A stretch of 64,000 nucleotides of DNA. Origin: Moniliella sp. 'wahieum' (taxonomy: Eukaryota). The notes beneath the pieces were generated by a model. That model saw only the letters and a list, made by a program, of their open reading frames with translations. It had not been told where the DNA came from and ran no database searches. Positions 36,401 to 48,777 of this stretch are shown here, piece by piece; positions within the stretch are counted from its first letter, which is position 1; every line of letters starts with the position of its first letter. The stretch spans positions 124,001 to 188,000 of the forward strand of contig RSEE01000069.1 of the NCBI GenBank assembly GCA_003971905.1, given 5' to 3'. The position numbers and the translations under genes were made by a program.

Positions 36401-38135
36401 CGTCTGCTGCGTACGGCCAGCACTTTATGCGCATCTTCAACATCAGCAAAGGTCAGTACGTGTTTGGGGATACCAAGGAGACCCATTCCACGTCTGGTCC
36501 TCCAGCCACGTGGAAATCCCCGTGGAAAACATCCTCCTCTCCTCGTACACGGCCGGGGAAGAGGCGGGGCAAGTGCACTCGAACGAATGAGTCCGATTGT
36601 CAACTACGTGTCGGTGGATGACCTGCGCGGTGTGTGGTGCTAGCGTGCCGGGGCACGTTGGCTTGAGTGATGTGTTGACGGATTTGGTGTGTGGGTACGA
36701 AGAGATTGTCGTGGGGCGGCGGGACGCCCGGGGCAGAGTATTATGTGCATTCGGGCATGCTGGCCTCGGCCATGCGACTCAAACCGGTCGGTTCGCTGGT
36801 ACATGCGACGTTGCGTCGTGCGCTGGCAGACCGGCCAGACTATGGCCTGGTGTTGACGGGTCACAGTTTGGGCGGCGGCGTGGCGGCGCTGTTGGGACTG
36901 ATGTGGAGTGTGCCCTTGGTAGAGGAAGGGCAAGCGGCTGCCGGCGCCGACGAAGCTACGTGTGCCCGTCCGTTTGTCACGTCGCATGCGTCGGGCTTGC
37001 CCCTGGTCGACCGGTGCACGTGTACGCGTATGGTCCACCGGCGATTGCGTCGCCGGATCTGAGTCGGCACTGTCGAGGTTTGGTCACGTCGATTGCGCAT
37101 CGGAACGATATTGTGCCCTGCTTGTCCCTCGGCTTTTTGCGCGACATGCACATTGTCGCTGACAACCTGCAGTCGGGCGAGACGAGCCATATGGTGCGGG
37201 ACATTGTGTCGGCGATTGTGGGCTTGTACCAACAACGCAAGTTGATTGCCGCAGCGCGACGGGCGACGGGGAAGAAGACGAGTCCTCTGACCCGCCCGCC
37301 CCGCGCCCCGCCCCAACCACGGCCGACTCAACTGCCTCCGACCCGGCCCAACCGTCCGACTATGCCGCGTCCGAGTTGGCCCCGACGCTCGAGTACGGAG
37401 AGATGATGGCGGGGCACAGTACCAACCGGGCCAGACGCCGGGGTACGAAGATCCGCTGCTGGTGGACGACGTGGACGACGTGGGGGGGCCGGCCGGTGCG
37501 TCGCTGGTCACGTTTCCGCTCGAAGACGAGAGCATCCAAGTGGGTCTGGACGCGTTGGCGGGCCGCGAGCCGGCTGGGTCGGTGTACCGTGTGTTGCAAC
37601 AAGACCGCGACACGCGGGATTGGCTCTGGTCCTTGATCAAGACGATGCGCGCGTCGATGCGGGAAGATAAGCTGTACCCGCCTGGGGACGTGTACCTGAT
37701 CGAGTCGTTTGGGGTGTACGTGCGTACCGAGGCGGCGGCGGGCCCGAGCAGCGCCGCGCGGCTGCGCCCGCCCCGCTACGTCGGCAAGCGGCGAGAGGAC
37801 AACGCATGCTGCCCGTCTGAACGACAGACGTTTGAGGCGGAACGCGTCGTGCTGCGCTACTGCCAAGATGTGGAAGCTCGGTTTTCCGAACCTGTCTTTT
37901 CCCGCTCCATGTTTAGCGATCATGTGCCGAGCAATTGTACGTCTTTTTTCCCCCCTCTGGCTTCTGGCTTTTCTCCTTTTCTCCCTCGCGTGTGGTATCC
38001 CTACTGCGTGGGCACCCGGCCCGAACTTCCCCGCACCGCACCACGTACTGACCCCTCGCATCCGCAGATGAGCATTGTGTCAAGTTGTTGCACCAGGGCC
38101 TCTTTGGGCCTAGCACGGACGATCCCGGGGTGTAG
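33415..38135 (+). CDS. Class 3 lipase, fungal sn1-specific diacylglycerol lipase-like (frameshifted)
   Basis: LFDGIFGSNETSRAL, ARHSSAAYG, RGTLGLSDVLTDL, VHSGMLASA, nucleophile GHSLGGG (~36859-36879), YAYGPP, DIVPCLSLG, KLYPPG, FSRSMFSDHVP. Introns 33774-33847 and 37937-38067. Confidence 0.9.
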
Positions 38136-38180
38136 AACGGTGAATGTCGTGCCTTATTTAACCCTTGTCCTTTGCCCCTC

Positions 38181-38310
38181 CTTTCTCCTTTCTCCTTCTC
38201 CTTTCTCCCTTCTCCTTTCTCCTTTCTCCCTTCTCCTTTCTCCTTTTCCTTTCTCCCTTTTCCCTTCTCCCTTTTCCTTTCACCCTTCTCCCTTCTCCCT
38301 TCTCCTTACC
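38181..38310. repeat. Polypyrimidine tract built from degenerate TTCTCCY heptamers
   Basis: About 130 nt, almost all C/T, just downstream of the lipase stop codon. Confidence 0.9.
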
Positions 38311-38723
38311 CCTGCTCATTGGCTTGTGCCTCTCACGTCCTTCGTTCCTCTGTCATATGCCCACCCCCGTTTTTTCCTGTTCTGCCCCTGCCCCCCTCCC
38401 TCGCCCCTACCCCTCCCTTGGCCCCTTTGAGGGCTCTACGAAGCGGATACCCTTACCTTGTCCTTCCTGGCCTTTCGCCTTGTGCCTTGCGCTGTTCACA
38501 TTTCGTCTCATGGCGCCTTGCGCCGTTCCCCTTTCGCATTTCGCATTTCGCCCTGCGCCTTGCGCCTTTCCCCCCCGCCGCGGTAGTAGCAGCAGCTATA
38601 CGATACGTCTTATATACGCTCATTCCTTTGGTTTCTTTCTTGTCCGTGCCCTGCTCCTGGTCCGTGCCCTGGTCCTGGTCCTGATCAATCAGCCCTGGTC
38701 CTTGTCCTGCCCCGACTTAACTG

Positions 38724-38805
38724 GGAGCCTGGAGCTTGGAGCTTGGAGCTTGGAGCTAGGCCCATCTTCCTGTCTCGAGTCTCGCGTCTCGAGTCTCGCG
38801 TCTCG
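38724..38805. repeat. Adjacent heptamer arrays (GGAGCTT)x5 degenerate and (GTCTCGM)x~5
   Basis: 38724-38758 and 38772-38805, read directly. Confidence 0.9.
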
Positions 38806-39510
38806 GTTCTGTCGCGCATAGCGTTTTGTTCCCCATCGACCATCCTCCGCGTCTTTGCTGGGCCGAGGACCAGGAACCAGAACGATCCGAATCAGCCCAC
38901 CGGCCAATCGGCCCAATCCCAACCTCAACCCCACTCTCAACCCCACTCTCAATCCCAACCTCAACGTTCAACCCCACGCCACGAACCTCAACCTGGCACG
39001 GTTTCGCCGTAGGCTATGAAACCTGGTTGGTCCACTACCTACCCCTGCCCGCCCTGCCAGCTGCAGTTTCAGCGTTGGCAGGGGATACGTTCTCCGCGCC
39101 CTTCGGCTCTCCCTCTCCCTCTCCCACTACGTCCAGCTCTACCTCTCGCTCTATAACTGAACCGTCGGCGCTACGGCAGGCACATTCCACGAATGTGCCG
39201 TGCCAAGTCTCTACTTCTACCTCTCGCTCTGTAACTGAACACTGAACCGTCTGCTACGGCCGGCACGAATCGACGAAGTCAAATGGGTCAAGAGATAAAC
39301 ACAGGACCGTGAGCGAACGGGGGGGGAAAAGTACAGGAAAAGGAAACACTAGAACGCGGGGCTTAAAAGCGTGCAAAAGTGGTGTAGAACACGGTAGGTA
39401 CGGTACGGTACGGTACGGACGAAAGGCCACCGTGCCAAAAAAAGAACAAGGAATGACAAACAAAGGAGCGGGGAAGTGAGAGGATGGGTTCAGGTGTCAG
39501 GGTTCAGGGC

Positions 39511-41624
39511 TTAGGGCTTAGGCTTAGGGGGTTGGTAAAGCACCGGGGAGCGCAGGGCCTGCGCATACGACGGCAGCTCGTCCTCCGAGGTGAAGCACGA
39601 GGCGTCTTGGTGCGCATCAGCCAGGCATTCGGCCGCTGCACGAGCGGCGAGAGAGCGGATGTGTGCGTCCGAAGTGCGAGGCTGGGCCTTGGCATAGGCC
39701 AGACGGGCATCAAATGCGCGGACCAGGTCCGACAACGCATCGTGCTGGAACGGAGCTGACGGCAACGGCGGCGCAAACATCGAATGCACTTGCGTAATCG
39801 GCGCGGTAAACGACCCCGACGACCCATTGGAGCGGCCGGCAAAAAAGGATTGCGCACGGCCCAAGGTACGAGGCGAAGAAGGGTAGGCAACATCCTTCTT
39901 GGTGTTGACCATCGGCTCCGCAAACCGAGGCGAGGGGGAAGCGGTCAGAGGCATCGGGCTCGAGGGACCCGAAGTAAGAGGGATGTTGAGGTTGGAAAGA
40001 TTGAGCGAAGGCACCTCCAAGCCTTGGCTCGAAGACTGCCGCGACAAACGTGGAGTCTCGGCCCGCGAAACGGGCGAGGGCGCGGTTTGGGATTGCGTGC
40101 GACGTAGCAGTTCCAGAATCTTCGTCACATCGTACTGTCCCTTGGGTTGCGGTGCCGGTGCTGGGGCAGGGGCCGAGACCGGGGTGGAAGAAGAGGCAGA
40201 ACCAACATTGACATTGACCGGGGCCGTACGCTGCTGGGTCACCGAGGCAGCGCGGGCAGCTTCGGGTGACAATGACGGATCAATGTGGTATTGCTCGAGC
40301 AACGCCTTGAGCCGCTGGTTCTCCGTAACCAAGTTGGTGTTCTTGGACTTGAGACTCTCAATGGCCGCATCCCGCTGGGCAAGCACATCCTCCAACTGGG
40401 TAATGTACTCCTTCCTCCGCTCACGAAAGTTGCGTGCCGAGATCTTGTTGCGCAATTGCCGTTTCTCCTTGGACGACAAGGCCTTGTACTCCTCTGCAGA
40501 CGGTCGGTCGGCCGCAGCCAAGGCCGCCATGGAGGCTGGGATGCCGCGGGCACCATGGGAGCTCGAGCTGGTAGGCGAAGCCTCGCGGCCCGTCGAGAGG
40601 CCTTGTGGCCGAGGGGGGATGGGATCGAGGGCAAGGTGGGACGAAGGTAACGCCGAAGTGGACGGCGCAGTTGGGTGGCGAGGCAGTCGGGAGACCTCGA
40701 CCACTGCTTTGGGATTGCAGCTCCTGCAGCACTTGAAGCTGCAAGTTGATTTGCTCGGCCAGCGTCATTTGCACCAAACGTGGGTCGATCGAAGTTGGAT
40801 CGGCAGTGGATCCTGGGCCAGATGCGAGCGTGGCGGGAGTAGACTCGAGCGGAAACGGATTCGATGCAGGGAGATGAGAAGCCTCCTCCATGGAGGTATC
40901 CTCTGTCTTGACAGCATGAGATGGATTCGGATCAGGATTGTAAGGTGGAGGGGCTGGGCAGCCTGCCGAGTCGGCGGAAAACGTGAACGATGGCTCTTCG
41001 AGCGACGGAGTCGTCGGGAGATGATCCAAGTTGAGGGATGAAGGGAAGGGGCCAGGTCAAGTCCCCAGGTTGATTCGAAATCCATGTCGGCCGCAAGGAA
41101 CAAGTCGGGTGCGCCACCGGCCGAAGGAGCGAGCAAGGGGGACTCTTGCTTGATCTTGGTCACGGGCTTGGCGCTGGGGAAGGTAGGTTCGGTGGGTGTG
41201 GGTTCGGGGAGGGCGGTGGTGGTGAACGAGTGCCAGTCGGGGTCAGGGCGGGTAGGGGCATCGGAGGATTCCGACGCACTCGACGGGGACGCAGCGATGG
41301 CGTGGGTGGCCTGAGGCAGCTTCTCGGGCGGGAGGGGGTAGGCGTGGTGGCGAGGGGATGGGGGGCTTGGGAGAGGCGGAGGTGGAGGCAGGAGAGAGGG
41401 AAGCTTGGCATCGGGGCGGGCGTGGCTGCGGGCGGTGGCAGCCAGGTTGGCGTAGTGGGTGAGGAGGGCCGTGTCGACGAGGGGGGGTGGGTTCGATGCC
41501 GTGGCGACGGAGCTCGAGGAGAGGTGTAGCGGAAGCGGTCCTCGTTCGAGGCGGTGCTGGGCAGCGGCGGCGGCGGCGGCGTCGGGAGGCCGGCAGCAGC
41601 AGTGGGGGGCAGGGCAGCGGTCAT
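39511..41624 (-). CDS. bZIP transcription factor (frameshifted)
   Basis: RPSAEEYKALSSKEKRQLRNKISARNFRERRKEYITQLE basic region followed by a leucine zipper (..LKSKNTNLVTENQRLKALL), and the downstream motif NTKKDV. Confidence 0.9.
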
Positions 41625-43509
41625 GGTGGGGAGGCGAGGGGAGATGGTGGGGGGGAGGAGGGGCGCTGAATGCGGGCCGAGGCGATAAGCGGGCAGCGCA
41701 GCGCAGCCACCAGCAGACGACTGCGGCTGCCGGCCTGAACGGGCCACCGGGCCACACTGGCCACACTGGCGCCACCGGCCACGCCACCGGCCACCACCAG
41801 GCCCACTCGCCCACCCCGTCGAAGCCCGCCGAAGCCAGGCCACCGCGCACCTGCAATGTTGCAAGCTGCCTGCCTTACGTACGCCCCCTCTCGCGCTTAC
41901 GTCCGGCGCACGCACGCCGCGGCACCGCACCCCCACACTGGCGCCATGGCCTGCCCTCCACGCCTCAGCATCCCAGCCCCAGCTACTCTGTACGCCGTCA
42001 GCCGCGGCGCACCTCCCAGGCGGCGAGGCAGAATGCTTCCTCCCTCCCCATGACTCAGGCGACTCCCCCATCGACGCATCATTGCATCATCAATCGGCGA
42101 TGCAGCATCCATGATCCAAGCGGGTGCTGGCCCGGCGCCTTAGGGTTGTCCTGGATGGTGCCATGCACCCGCATCGCCACCATCTCGGTCCTCAGTACGC
42201 CCGAGTCGACGCTGCTTTGCCAGCGTGCACTGCATGCCACATGTCAGCTGAGCTCAGCGTCAACCAACCCTTACGAACCCCCCCTCTGGCAGCACGCCCC
42301 CTTTCTCACTAGGCACTAACCACTCTCCCTGCTCTTCGCAAGCACGCGGGCTGGCGGTTCCCATTGTATTGTCAACGTCAACGCTCACCATCCACCACTA
42401 GCCGCCAAGCAGACACCATCCATCCAATTGTCCTCTTCCCGAGGAAAAATATATGTAGCTGGAGAATTGGCCGCGCGCGGGTAACTAGCTTAACTAGTAA
42501 CTAGCTCTAGTAACTAGGAACTGTCCCGGCATGTAACGTACATGTAACTTCGGCATGCTCGCTTGAAGCTTGACAATAGAGACGAGAGCTGGCTGGATCC
42601 GCTTGCCCAACACGCAATGCCGTCGCCAGGTTCAACGTCTTGACCATTCTTTATGCCAGGTTTTTGATGGCGATCTATCGCTGATGAGGTCTGAGGAGCA
42701 GTGGGGAGAGTGCCAGCCGTGAGGATCGATGAATTACCGCTGCAATGGCGATAGATGCCATTGATGTACTCAATGATCAATCGATGCTAAGCCTAAGCGC
42801 TCAGCCTGAGCGCAATGAATAAGGATGTGCGTGATTGTGGCATCCACACAATGGACACAGCAAAGTACCAAAAACAGCTGACCCAATTAACAATTGCCAG
42901 TGCTGTGTGGCTACGATCCTTTCCCCCCCCTTCCTACTAACGAGCTTACCATTTGTTGGTTTCATCGTCGCGCAACGAAAGAACGTGTCCTGGCCAACGC
43001 GCAGCTATAGTAATACAACTATGAATCGAGGCAGATCCAGTTTCAAGAGAAGAGAGGGTGGAATGGTTAATGTACACCGTCCAGGATCCGCCGACCTTTA
43101 TTGGGTCTGACGATCTGACGAGTCCAACACCCATCGGTTTGTTCAGCCTTTTTTTGTCCGTTCGCACTCATCTGGACGACTTGCTCGCAAAAAACTTGTG
43201 GGGGCTGCTTCTTTCTTTCTGCCCTGCTAGTACTCGTGAGTGCCCAGGTAAACCGGAGACTTGCAGGACTCGTCGATGATCGGTGACCAACCTGACCGTC
43301 GTCGGCCTCATTAAGGCCGGCGCGAGAACCTGTCCAGCATTCACACGCGCCTATGCAGAAAAATCTGATGCGTGCAACGTCGAGGAGAGTCGGGGGCTCA
43401 TGTGCTCATGGGTGAGGCTCACCCTGAGGTAAGGCGTGTGTTGTGTATGACACAAGGTAGTCGACCAACAAGGCGCTGAGCCTCAGCGCTCAGGCTGAGC
43501 CTGATCGCT

Positions 43510-43574
43510 ATCAGATACACCATATATCTCACACGCAGTGTTGTATACTGCGGGGGGGGAGAAGCATCAGATAA
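43510..43574 (+). promoter_or_regulatory. Candidate iron-responsive GATA-factor (SreA/Urbs1-type) sites upstream of sid1
   Basis: ATCAGATAA at 43566-43574 matches the ATCWGATAA consensus. A near-match ATCAGATAC lies at 43510-43518. Confidence 0.5.
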
Positions 43575-43750
43575 TAACTTCTTGCTTTCCAACTCTTGCT
43601 TCGCCTTGAGCCATTGCTTCTCTCGGATCTCAGCTTGAGAAACTTCACGCTTCGCGCTTCCTCCCACGTACCGCGTACCCACCCACCCACCCCTCCTCAT
43701 GCGCTGCGACTGGCTCGGTGCCGGCGGTTTGCCAGGGTACGATGAGGACA

Positions 43751-43878
43751 TGAAGCTTGAAGCTTGATGATCGATGGCATGCATGACAGATGACGAAGAC
43801 ATTGGCCGCTACCATAGGCTGCCGCTCTGTTCGCCAGTCGCTGGTCAAGCTTCAAGCTTCAAGCTTCAAGCTTCAAGC
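43751..43878. repeat. Mutually inverted heptamer arrays (TGAAGCT)x2.4 and (TCAAGCT)x4.9
   Basis: 43751-43767 and 43845-43878. Confidence 0.9.
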
Positions 43879-45492
43879 CGCACGTCCGCCAGCGTACGCC
43901 GCTCGGTTCGCACATGTCGCAGTCAGTACTCCGTCTCGCACCGCCCCACAGTCGCGAGGGAGGCCTTCGCATATTCAGCCGGTGGCGCCCTGCTTGCTGC
44001 GTCTCACTACGAGCCCATAATTTGCATGATGCATGATCATCAGTCCCCCCCGCACAGATCGCATCTGGCACGTGACTTGACTAGTTACTCGACACGCTCG
44101 GAGCATCCTGCCTCCCTAGATTGCCTCCAATCTCTACCCCCCCCGCCTATCCATCCCTGCCTGTGCGGCGGTTATACACAGGGCACGTTGCCAGTGGCTC
44201 GTGGGCGCCGGCCGCCGTCGCGTCATGTCTTGTTAGAGAGTAGTGATGTTCTGCAAAGAAATAGCGACGGATACGGACGCGCCGACGCTCGGCTCATGCA
44301 TCATGCATCACGAATCATTAATCATTCATCGATCGAGAGGACCCGAATTGCGCCTGGCATGGATCAGGAGAGGCATCGATCATCGCATCAATCATCGATC
44401 GTGAGTGAAAGGGACAATCAGATCTGTTGGTATACAATCCTTAATCCTCCCTTTGTAGCACCGACATGCGAGACGGATAAGGAACTGAGCGCGGTCCATA
44501 TTCATGCGCGGTGGTGACGCAGATGCCATCAATCTACTAAGGTAGCTACTCGCGGCCGACGGCGGGGCAGCAGCGCGCTGCGACGTTGAGGATGCATGAG
44601 GCCTGGTGCATGATTCGCATGATGAAGGCCGCTCCGCCGCTCGCCCTGTACTGGCTATACGGCATCTGAGATGCTGAGATCTGAAACCAGCCTGGGCAAC
44701 CCACCACAGCAAGCCCATCTGCTGGGCACCACCGCTGCCGCCTCGCCCCCATGGCAGCACGCCACACCCGCACGCTCCTTGCGTTTGCCCTTGCATTTGC
44801 CCTTGCATTTGCCCTTGGGCCTTGCGCTTGCCGTGCCGCGGGCCCTGGCTTGACACGATCGGGTGCGACGATGTGCAACGCCACGGTGTTGGACCCAGCT
44901 GGGTGGTCCGCCCACGGTGGATGAGGCGGATGACGGTGGTGTGGCTGTTCCTTTTGCACATGCTTGGCACAGCTGCACGCCGCACGGCAGCCGGGATGCC
45001 AGGGGGAGAAGCGTAGTTGCCGGTGCCAAGCCGGCCTCCGCTGTGTTCACATGCTGTCTGCGTCTCATCCATCGCCAGTGCGTGACGCTGGAAGCTTGAA
45101 GCGTCTCGCATGGAATAGTCAACGTAGTGAATGGAAGCTAGTAGCTCGTAGCTGTAGTTTGACGCTTGACGCTTCAAGCGCCCACCGAACAAGACTGCGC
45201 AGCAGATCAGTGGCGCCCTCCTCCTCTCAGGGACCAGCGCACGAATGGCCTCAGATCCTGTCTGGTGGGATGATTGTGGTTGTGTGAGAACTTTTCGCCG
45301 AGAGCTCCCCCCCTCCACCCAGTCAATAGCCACTAGAGCCGCCCCAAATTGAACAAACCACTAGATGCGGTGACGTGGTTTAAATAAACCCCGCTAGACA
45401 CGGCTCGGCCAGTTTTTTTATTCCTCCATCCCCCCCCCCCACCCCGCCATCCCGCCTCTCGCCCGTGCCCTTGACGTTCTCTTCCTCTCCCC

Positions 45493-47153
45493 ATGTCGTC
45501 AACGGTGTGGGACTTTGTTGGATCGGCTATGGTCCCGCCCACATTTCTCTCTCGGTCGGCTGCGGGAGAACTGGGGGGCAGCTTGCCTGCGGCAAAATTG
45601 CGTTTTTGGAAGCCAACCCGCAGTTCCGCTGGCACACCTCGCTCCTCTTGCCGGGGCCATGCTGCAAGTGAGCCCGCTCAAGGACATGGCCATGCTGCGC
45701 GACCCCACCTCAAGTTTCACCTACTACAATTACCTGTTTACCCAAGGCCGCCTCGCCGGGTACATCAACCGCTCCGACTCGGTCCCGTCGCGGCGCGAAT
45801 GGTCGGCGTACCTTGCGTGGTGTGCACGGCGAATGAAAGCCGAGTCGCCTGAGGATACCATTCGGTTCGGCCACCGCGTCCAGCTCGTCACTCCGCTCGA
45901 CACGCCCGAGGGGCGCATGTTTGCAATCGATGTGCTGACCCCGACGGGGCCCAGTCGACTCGTCGCGCGCAACGTATCGGTCGCTATTGGCGGCGTGCCT
46001 TCCATTCCTTCCCACTGGGCCGACACGTACACCCAAGACCAAACCCACTCGGTCCCGCGCATCCTTCATTCGGGGCAGTACCTGCCGGGCCTGCGGCGCG
46101 TCCAGGCACTTGCCGCCCAAGCCGCGCATTGCCGTCGTTGGCTGTGGCCAAAGCGGGGCGGAAATCACACTCCACCTCCACGCCCTCTTGCCCAACGCTG
46201 AGATTGAGACCGTGTACCGGCGTCCGGCGGTGGTGCCATCGGACGATAGCGCGTTTGTCAATGGTGCAGCGTTTGACCCGGAATCGACCGGTGCGTTTTG
46301 GCGCCAGCCGCTGGCCGAACGGCAGGTCCGCTTGGACGAGTGGCACCGGACCAACTATGGCGTGGTGCACCCGCACACGTTGGATGCGCTGTACGAAACG
46401 ACGTACCAGCAGCAAGTCGAGCAGTTGCCGGTGGAAGACGAGTTGCTGGGTCAGACCAACCACACGGGCACCATCCTTCTTCGACCCAGCACCACCGCCA
46501 CGCCCGTCGAGCTCGGTGCGGACGGCGTGCTGCTACGTCTGGACAATGCCAGCACGTCGGCGGTGGAGCAAGTGCGGTACGATCTGGTAGTGCTTGCGAC
46601 CGGCTTCCAGCGCAAGGTCGCCTACCATCCTGCCCTGGCTCCCTTGGCGGACGACTACCCGCTCGCCACGGCCCTTACGCCGCTGGAGGCCGAGCCCGAT
46701 GCACCGCAGGAACCTGCCGCGGGCGCAACCGGCCCAACGGCCGACATGCAACGTGCCGCCGCTCGCGGTATCACAAGGGACTACCGTCTGGTAACCCGGG
46801 CCGAGCGCGACGCGCACCGCAGTCTGCCTTCTTCCCCCGGCAGCGCAGAGAGCCACATGGTGGTCTCACAAGCGACGCTGGTGGAGGAACCTGTGGCGCC
46901 TCTTACCACGGGTGCAATCTACGTCTGGGACCCAACGAAGCCACCCACGGCCTGTCCGACTCGCTCCTTTCCGTTGCCTGCCCGCGCGGGGGAGATTACA
47001 GAATCGTTGCGCCAACGCGGCGTACTGGCCCGCCTCGGCCTCGGCCAGCCTCGGCCAGCTTCGGCAGAGAACTCGGCAGACGAATTGGTGAAACCGCTTG
47101 TTCCAGTCGTCGCTGCTGCTCCGGCTGCTCCGGCTCCTGCAGTCGCCCTCTGA
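45493..47153 (+). CDS. sid1: L-ornithine N5-monooxygenase (siderophore biosynthesis; frameshifted)
   Basis: DFVGIGYGPA FAD motif, FRWH, LQVSPLKDMAMLRDPTS, PSRREWSAYLAW, NADPH motif IAVVGCGQSGAEI, PSDDSAFVN, RTNYGVV, VLATGF, EATHGLSDSLLSV. Confidence 0.93.
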
Positions 47154-48777
47154 GATCTCAGGGTGAGATCTGAACGGCGGTCTGACCCACCGTCGCTGCC
47201 TCGTTTGCGTTTCTCGTTCCTGTCCCGCGCTCTGCCCTGAGTTTTGACCTGGTATGAGCGCTGAGCCCTTGCCATTTGCTTCGTACATGTGTCGTGCCTT
47301 ACCCTCGCCCCACGCGGCTGGGATGGGGCACGCTTGCTCCATACCTGCCATGGGAACCAAAATCATCGATCATGCTTCTCCGTCAGATCTCAGAAGGGAC
47401 TGGGCGTGGACCGTGCGTACCATAGATGTTTCCGTTTCGTGGGGAAATCCGTCCTGAGGGGCCTGATCGATGATCCCGACGGCGGTGGCCTCGACTCATA
47501 TACCCAAGGGGTAGGTGGAACGAGGTTCAAGAGGATCGCGCTACGTGCAGTACGATGATCGTGATCCTCAGGACCGAATACCGAATCCTGAGCGGGAACC
47601 GACGGGAGGGAAACGAACGGGGGTGAGTACTGAGTACTGAGTACCACTGGAATAGACTTGAATAACCATCTCCACCACCACCCTGTTGGGGCGATGCCCC
47701 AATCACGCCATCCTGCGTGATAGTCATCACCCCTCTTATCCGCCCGGAAGCTTCCTCAGCTCCGCGATACCCTCGTCTATATAAGGCCCTACCCTTCTCA
47801 TAGCCTCCTGTACCTCTCCTCAGAACCACATCCTCCATTCCACTCCTCCTTCAGCACACCCTCTGTCAGATCTCCGGAGGGATGCACTTGGGGGAAGAAG
47901 TCATGGTCTGACGTGCCGGTGGGAGACGGTGGCTAGTGGCTCGGGGGCAGTGGGGGCTTGGCGAATGACTAGACGCGTGATGGGTGGCTAGTGGCTAGTG
48001 GCTAATGGCTAATGGCTAATGGTGCTAGTGATGCTGCGGCGGATATGGGGCGGGTGCGGCTGGGGTTAGCGCTAAGGCTTAGCGGTTAGCAACGGTCGGA
48101 AACGCGGCCGGGCGGGTGCGAGTTACTAGCTATTGCCGGGCAGGACAAGGATAGGACCAGGACAGGCCCAGGACAGGACCTCGTGGCGCCGACGCGGGCT
48201 GACATGCGCTGACAAAGCAGGCAACCCCTCCGCGGCGCACGGGGCGGGTGTGCGGAGGCTGGGCGCTGACAGATTGGCGTGGGACATGTGACAGGTGTGA
48301 TGTGGGAGAGTGACAGGTGCGAGCGGGCGGCTGCGGCGGGCGGCATGGGTTTGGTAAGCCAGTAGTGGCTAATGGTTGGGGAGCCAGTAGCCCTTGAAAT
48401 TGCACGCCGTGGCATCTCCCCACACGCATTGGGGCGGGGCAGAGTGCGCTGGTGCCTGCGGGTGTGGGGCGCGTTGGCGGCGTGGGAGGCGCGTCTGCCT
48501 CGCCTCGATCGCCACGATCGCCTCACTCGGCCAGTTCCTTCACACGCGGGCCCCGTCTCGAGTGGGATAGTGGTAGTGAGTGGCCCAGGCCGCGGAGCGC
48601 GGATTGAATATTCTCCCACGTCACGCGTCACATCCGAGCCAGCACTCACCTCGGCCTCAGAGCTCTGGTCCAGCGTTCAGGCCCAGCGGCAAGCGGTACG
48701 CAGGAAGCATTCAGCCTCCTGCCCACCCACTCCCCGCCTACCACCTCGCCACCCCACCCCCACCCCCACCCCCCGCC

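Noticed and set aside
39486..39530. GGGTTCA/GGGCTTA units, and CTAACCCTGACCCT near 55985, resembling telomere repeats or a telomerase template
   Set aside because: Not true TTAGGG arrays. The first overlaps the bZIP stop (PKPKP codons), and neither gives the ~1.5 perfect repeats expected of a template.
39511..41624. bZIP as HapX or Hac1/Cib1
   Set aside because: No Hap4-like domain or Cys-rich clusters, the basic region does not match Hac1, and I saw no Ire1-type twin hairpins.
43419..43802. 127-aa minus-strand ORF in the sid1 promoter
   Set aside because: No motif, it overlaps heptamer repeats and candidate GATA sites, and it is probably a chance ORF.
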